Part shown: positions 21,221-24,000 of the stretch, in pieces | Layout: every line of letters starts with the position of its first letter | Position numbering within the stretch: the first letter of the stretch is position 1 | Assembly (NCBI RefSeq): GCF_023006325.1 | Contig: NZ_JAINDF010000001.1 | Span: 30,863 to 54,862 of the forward strand | Source: Kordiimonas marina | Lineage (GTDB): Bacteria; Pseudomonadota; Alphaproteobacteria; Sphingomonadales; Kordiimonadaceae | Direction: 5' to 3' | DNA length: 24,000 nt | Made by a program: the position numbers and the translations under genes | Notes under the pieces: generated by a model | What the model was told of the DNA's origin: nothing | What the model saw: the letters and a program-made list of their open reading frames with translations, nothing else | The model's database searches: none

Positions 21221-24000
21221 TCACTTGGGCTTGCTGCCGGGCTCCTGCTTCTTGGCTGTGTCGTCTTTCTTCTTCGTGTCAGCCGTTTCCTGCTTTTTCT
21301 TCAAGGACATAAGCATATCGAAGGCCCGGCCGAACACCGCAGCCCCCGGGTTGGCTTCCGCCCCTTCCCCGGTCTTCTGGGCCTGCTGCTCTTTGAACAG
21401 GCTTGACCGCAGACGGCTTTCCACCCCGGAGATAACAAACTTTTCAAGCGCGCGGCTGGTCCAGTTTGCCGCCGGATCATCCAGCCTCCCCTTATAGGTG
21501 ACCGGAATCGCGGGCGTGTCCGGCGGGCTCGTGAGCGCGAGCACGCCTTTCATGTCCATCTGCCGCGCCAGCAGGTTGATCTGACCATCGAGGGTTAAGT
21601 TCCCCCATGTCCCGGCAGCCTTGGCGGTTTCGACAAGCGCGGTACCGCCATCGAGCGTGAAGCTGGCATCCATATCGCTATAGGTGGTCTGCCCGGTCCG
21701 CAACAGACCGCCAACCACATTGAGGAATGAAAGCCCCGACGGCGCCGACCTTATTTCCTGCACAAGCTGCGGCACCGAAAGGAAGTTGAGCGTGCCCGCA
21801 CGCCCCTTGAGGACACCATGCCCCTTGGCGGAGCGGAGGATCGCGTCGCCGCTTGCTCCTTTCGCATCGAAATCGAAGGTGAAGCCCGTGCTACCGCTTG
21901 CGATGCCGCCCAAGCCTTGCGCCTTGAAGAAGCTGCCGATATCGACGGAATCCAGCTTCATCCGGCCGTTCAGCACCGGGATCTTGCCGTCCTTGAGGGT
22001 AAAACTGCCTGCCGCAGGTGCGCCGTTCAGTTTGGCGTCGGCCCCGAGGTCAAGCGTCAGCGTGCCCTTGTCGGCCACCGCCGTCGCATGGGGCGCATCC
22101 AGCCGCTGGCCCGAAATAGCCAGGCTGTCAATCGCAAGCGCGACTTTCCCGCTGTAACCTTCCCAGCCTGTCGGCATCTGGAAGCTGTTGTCGGTCTCCG
22201 GCGCCGCCGAGCCAAGACGCCCGGTGCGCACCCGGTACCCGGCGAGCTTCAGACTGCCGGTTACATCCGCCGTGCCTTTACCGGCAAGCGCGCCGCGCAG
22301 AGAGGCCCCGCCATTGCGCATATCGACACCGTCCAGACGCCAGCCGCCCTCCTCCAGAACGAGGGTAAGGTCGGCGTGGACCGGCTCAGCCGGTTCAGGC
22401 GCTGCAAGCCCGAGCCCAAACCGCCTGAAGGCCTGTGCCGCCACCTTATGGTCATAGGTAACCTGGATCTTGCGGCCCGCGGGCGCCATGCGGCCATCCG
22501 CAATAATCTGCCCCCCGGCGAGGTCCCCGCTCAGGCGCAGGGCCAGCGGTGCCCCGGCTTCCTGACGCGCGGCGCTGACCGTCAGCGACGCAGGCAGGTT
22601 GCGGGCATCCTTGAGCCCGAGAAGATGCATCAGCGGCGCCAGATTCTTGTGGCTGACCGTGCCTTGCACATTGAGGGCATCAAGTGCCCCGCCTTTCACC
22701 CCGGCGCTGCCGTTCAGGACCCAGGTGCCCACCCCCTGGTCCAGATGGCTGGACAGGCGGAGGTTGCTCATGGGGCCGGTCAGGCTCACCTTACCGCTGA
22801 CGCTGTTTGCCCTGAGGGCCGTCAGATACGGCTTTGCTTCCGGCATGAAGGCCCGGACAAACGGCAGTCGCCACTTGTCGGCGTTCAGGTTGAGGTCCGC
22901 GACCCAGGTGTCGGCATCGTGGCGCAGGTCCCCGGCCAGGGCCAGGCGGCCGTCTTCATAGGAAACATCGCCTGCTTCCAGCGACAGATGCTTGCCCCCG
23001 GCCTTACCGTTCAGATGAACATTGCTGAACTGGCTGCCCTGCCACAAAAGCGCCCCTGCCTGCAGGTCGAACGCCATGGGCTTCAGCGGCATCAGGGCCG
23101 CGAAGTCCGCCTCGCCCTTGCCAGCTTTCGCCATATAGGCATCCAGATTGACCTGATCGACTGTCAGCGCCACGTCGGTCGGCATCCCGTCATCCCGCGC
23201 GCCAGAGATATGGCCCTTGAGCGCCATGGTGTCGACCTTGCCCGTGAGGTCCTTGAGCGACCAGTCGTCCGCGGAAACGGTAAGCGTGCCACTAAGGTCC
23301 GCAGTGGCGAGCCGGCCCGGCTGCACGCTCTTGGAAACATCACTCCCGAGCCATTTCAGAAACGCCTGCAGGTTGCCTGAGGTCATCCGAACCTGGCCTT
23401 CGCCACCGTCCTTGAGGGCAACATGCCCCTGGAAGGACACCGCACTGCCGCCCGGCATCAGGCCTTGAAGGCTGGTCACATAGGGGCCGTCAGGCGCGAG
23501 ACCGGCTACAGCTTCCAAATGCTGGACAGCATCGCCGCCGATCTGCAGTGCCTCCACCGAGATATCGAGCGTACCCGTCAGGGGCATCTTCATCGCTTGG
23601 GCCTGCCCCTTGCCCTTGGCGGGGGACTGCACCGAGGCCGGAGCCGGGGACTGCGTAGAGGATTGGGCTGGGGACGAACCAGAAGGCTGAGCTGAAGACT
23701 GGGCCTGAGCCGGAGTGCCCTCAGCCTTCACCGGCAGCGTCTTGAAAGCATCCGCCCAGGGCTTCAGGTCGATAATGCCGAGGGTCAAGGCACCCGCCAC
23801 ATGCGGCTGACCGCCTTTTTGCGCAAGCGTGAGGTCCAGCCGGCCCTGCGTGCTGCCAAGCTCCACCTGCCTGGAAACAAGATGGGTGACATCGCCCTTG
23901 CGGTCCGCCTGCACATCGAGCGAGAAACCCATGTCCGGCATGGTCACATCAGCCCCACCGCCCACAAAGACGCGGCGCGCGGCGCTCAGGAAATTCTTGA
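21221..24000 (-). CDS. AsmA-family outer-membrane biogenesis protein, C-terminal about 925 aa (gene continues past the right edge)
   Basis: The frame stays open to position 24000 (..KNFLSAARRVFVGGGADV..). It is a long beta-rich repetitive sequence of G/L/D/S/T with an AsmA-like C-terminal region (LTLDGQINLLARQMDMKGVLAL). It also has an internal Ser/Gln/Pro/Ala low-complexity stretch and a Lys-rich tail. Confidence 0.7.
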   Translation of the reverse strand, partial: KNFLSAARRVFVGGGADVTMPDMGFSLDVQADRKGDVTHLVSRQVELGSTQGRLDLTLAQKGGQPHVAGALTLGIIDLKPWADAFKTLPVKAEGTPAQAQSSAQPSGSSPAQSSTQSPAPASVQSPAKGKGQAQAMKMPLTGTLDISVEALQIGGDAVQHLEAVAGLAPDGPYVTSLQGLMPGGSAVSFQGHVALKDGGEGQVRMTSGNLQAFLKWLGSDVSKSVQPGRLATADLSGTLTVSADDWSLKDLTGKVDTMALKGHISGARDDGMPTDVALTVDQVNLDAYMAKAGKGEADFAALMPLKPMAFDLQAGALLWQGSQFSNVHLNGKAGGKHLSLEAGDVSYEDGRLALAGDLRHDADTWVADLNLNADKWRLPFVRAFMPEAKPYLTALRANSVSGKVSLTGPMSNLRLSSHLDQGVGTWVLNGSAGVKGGALDALNVQGTVSHKNLAPLMHLLGLKDARNLPASLTVSAARQEAGAPLALRLSGDLAGGQIIADGRMAPAGRKIQVTYDHKVAAQAFRRFGLGLAAPEPAEPVHADLTLVLEEGGWRLDGVDMRNGGASLRGALAGKGTADVTGSLKLAGYRVRTGRLGSAAPETDNSFQMPTGWEGYSGKVALAIDSLAISGQRLDAPHATAVADKGTLTLDLGADAKLNGAPAAGSFTLKDGKIPVLNGRMKLDSVDIGSFFKAQGLGGIASGSTGFTFDFDAKGASGDAILRSAKGHGVLKGRAGTLNFLSVPQLVQEIRSAPSGLSFLNVVGGLLRTGQTTYSDMDASFTLDGGTALVETAKAAGTWGNLTLDGQINLLARQMDMKGVLALTSPPDTPAIPVTYKGRLDDPAANWTSRALEKFVISGVESRLRSSLFKEQQAQKTGEGAEANPGAAVFGRAFDMLMSLKKKQETADTKKKDDTAKKQEPGSKPK

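Noticed and set aside
21818-23380. A 520-aa plus-strand ORF
   Set aside because: It is antisense to the AsmA-family gene and is Arg/Ala/Gly/Pro-rich with no motifs.
1-24000. A search for CRISPR arrays, tandem repeats, IS elements and rRNA/tRNA genes
   Set aside because: Reading both strands revealed no regularly spaced direct repeats, no terminal inverted repeats flanking a transposase-like ORF, and no cloverleaf tRNA other than the tRNA-like part of the tmRNA.

Overview
High-GC chromosomal segment that looks alphaproteobacterial: it has a circularly permuted two-piece tmRNA with an ANDN..FAVAA tag, an alpha-type SspB, a divergent miaA/serB pair and hflK-hflC-yjeT-degP synteny. About two thirds is ordinary housekeeping: miaA (partial), serB, degP, yjeT, hflC, hflK, mrp/apbC, folA, thyA, yjdM, sspB, class I fumarase and an AsmA-family protein (partial). 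Accessory or unusual parts are listed below. (1) The best candidate for an undescribed system is a luxR-luxI quorum-sensing pair at 13754-16426. Its synthase gene is translationally coupled to an orphan 116-aa acidic protein and a PhyH-type Fe(II)/2-oxoglutarate dioxygenase, and the cluster sits between the tmRNA gene and sspB. (2) An arsR-acr3-arsC operon in which ArsC is fused to an ArsI/CadI-like VOC domain that has no cysteines. (3) An orphan sensor histidine kinase packed between thyA and folA. (4) An ArsR-family regulator translationally coupled to a PLP-dependent decarboxylase, behind a perfect 20-bp palindrome. The tmRNA is invisible to the ORF track and was found by reading the 650-nt gap at 13100-13750. 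Several very long ORFs in the track, including one of 936 aa, are antisense artefacts of high GC. No CRISPR array, transposase, integrase or phage genes were seen. All domain calls come from motif recognition by eye; no database search was run.
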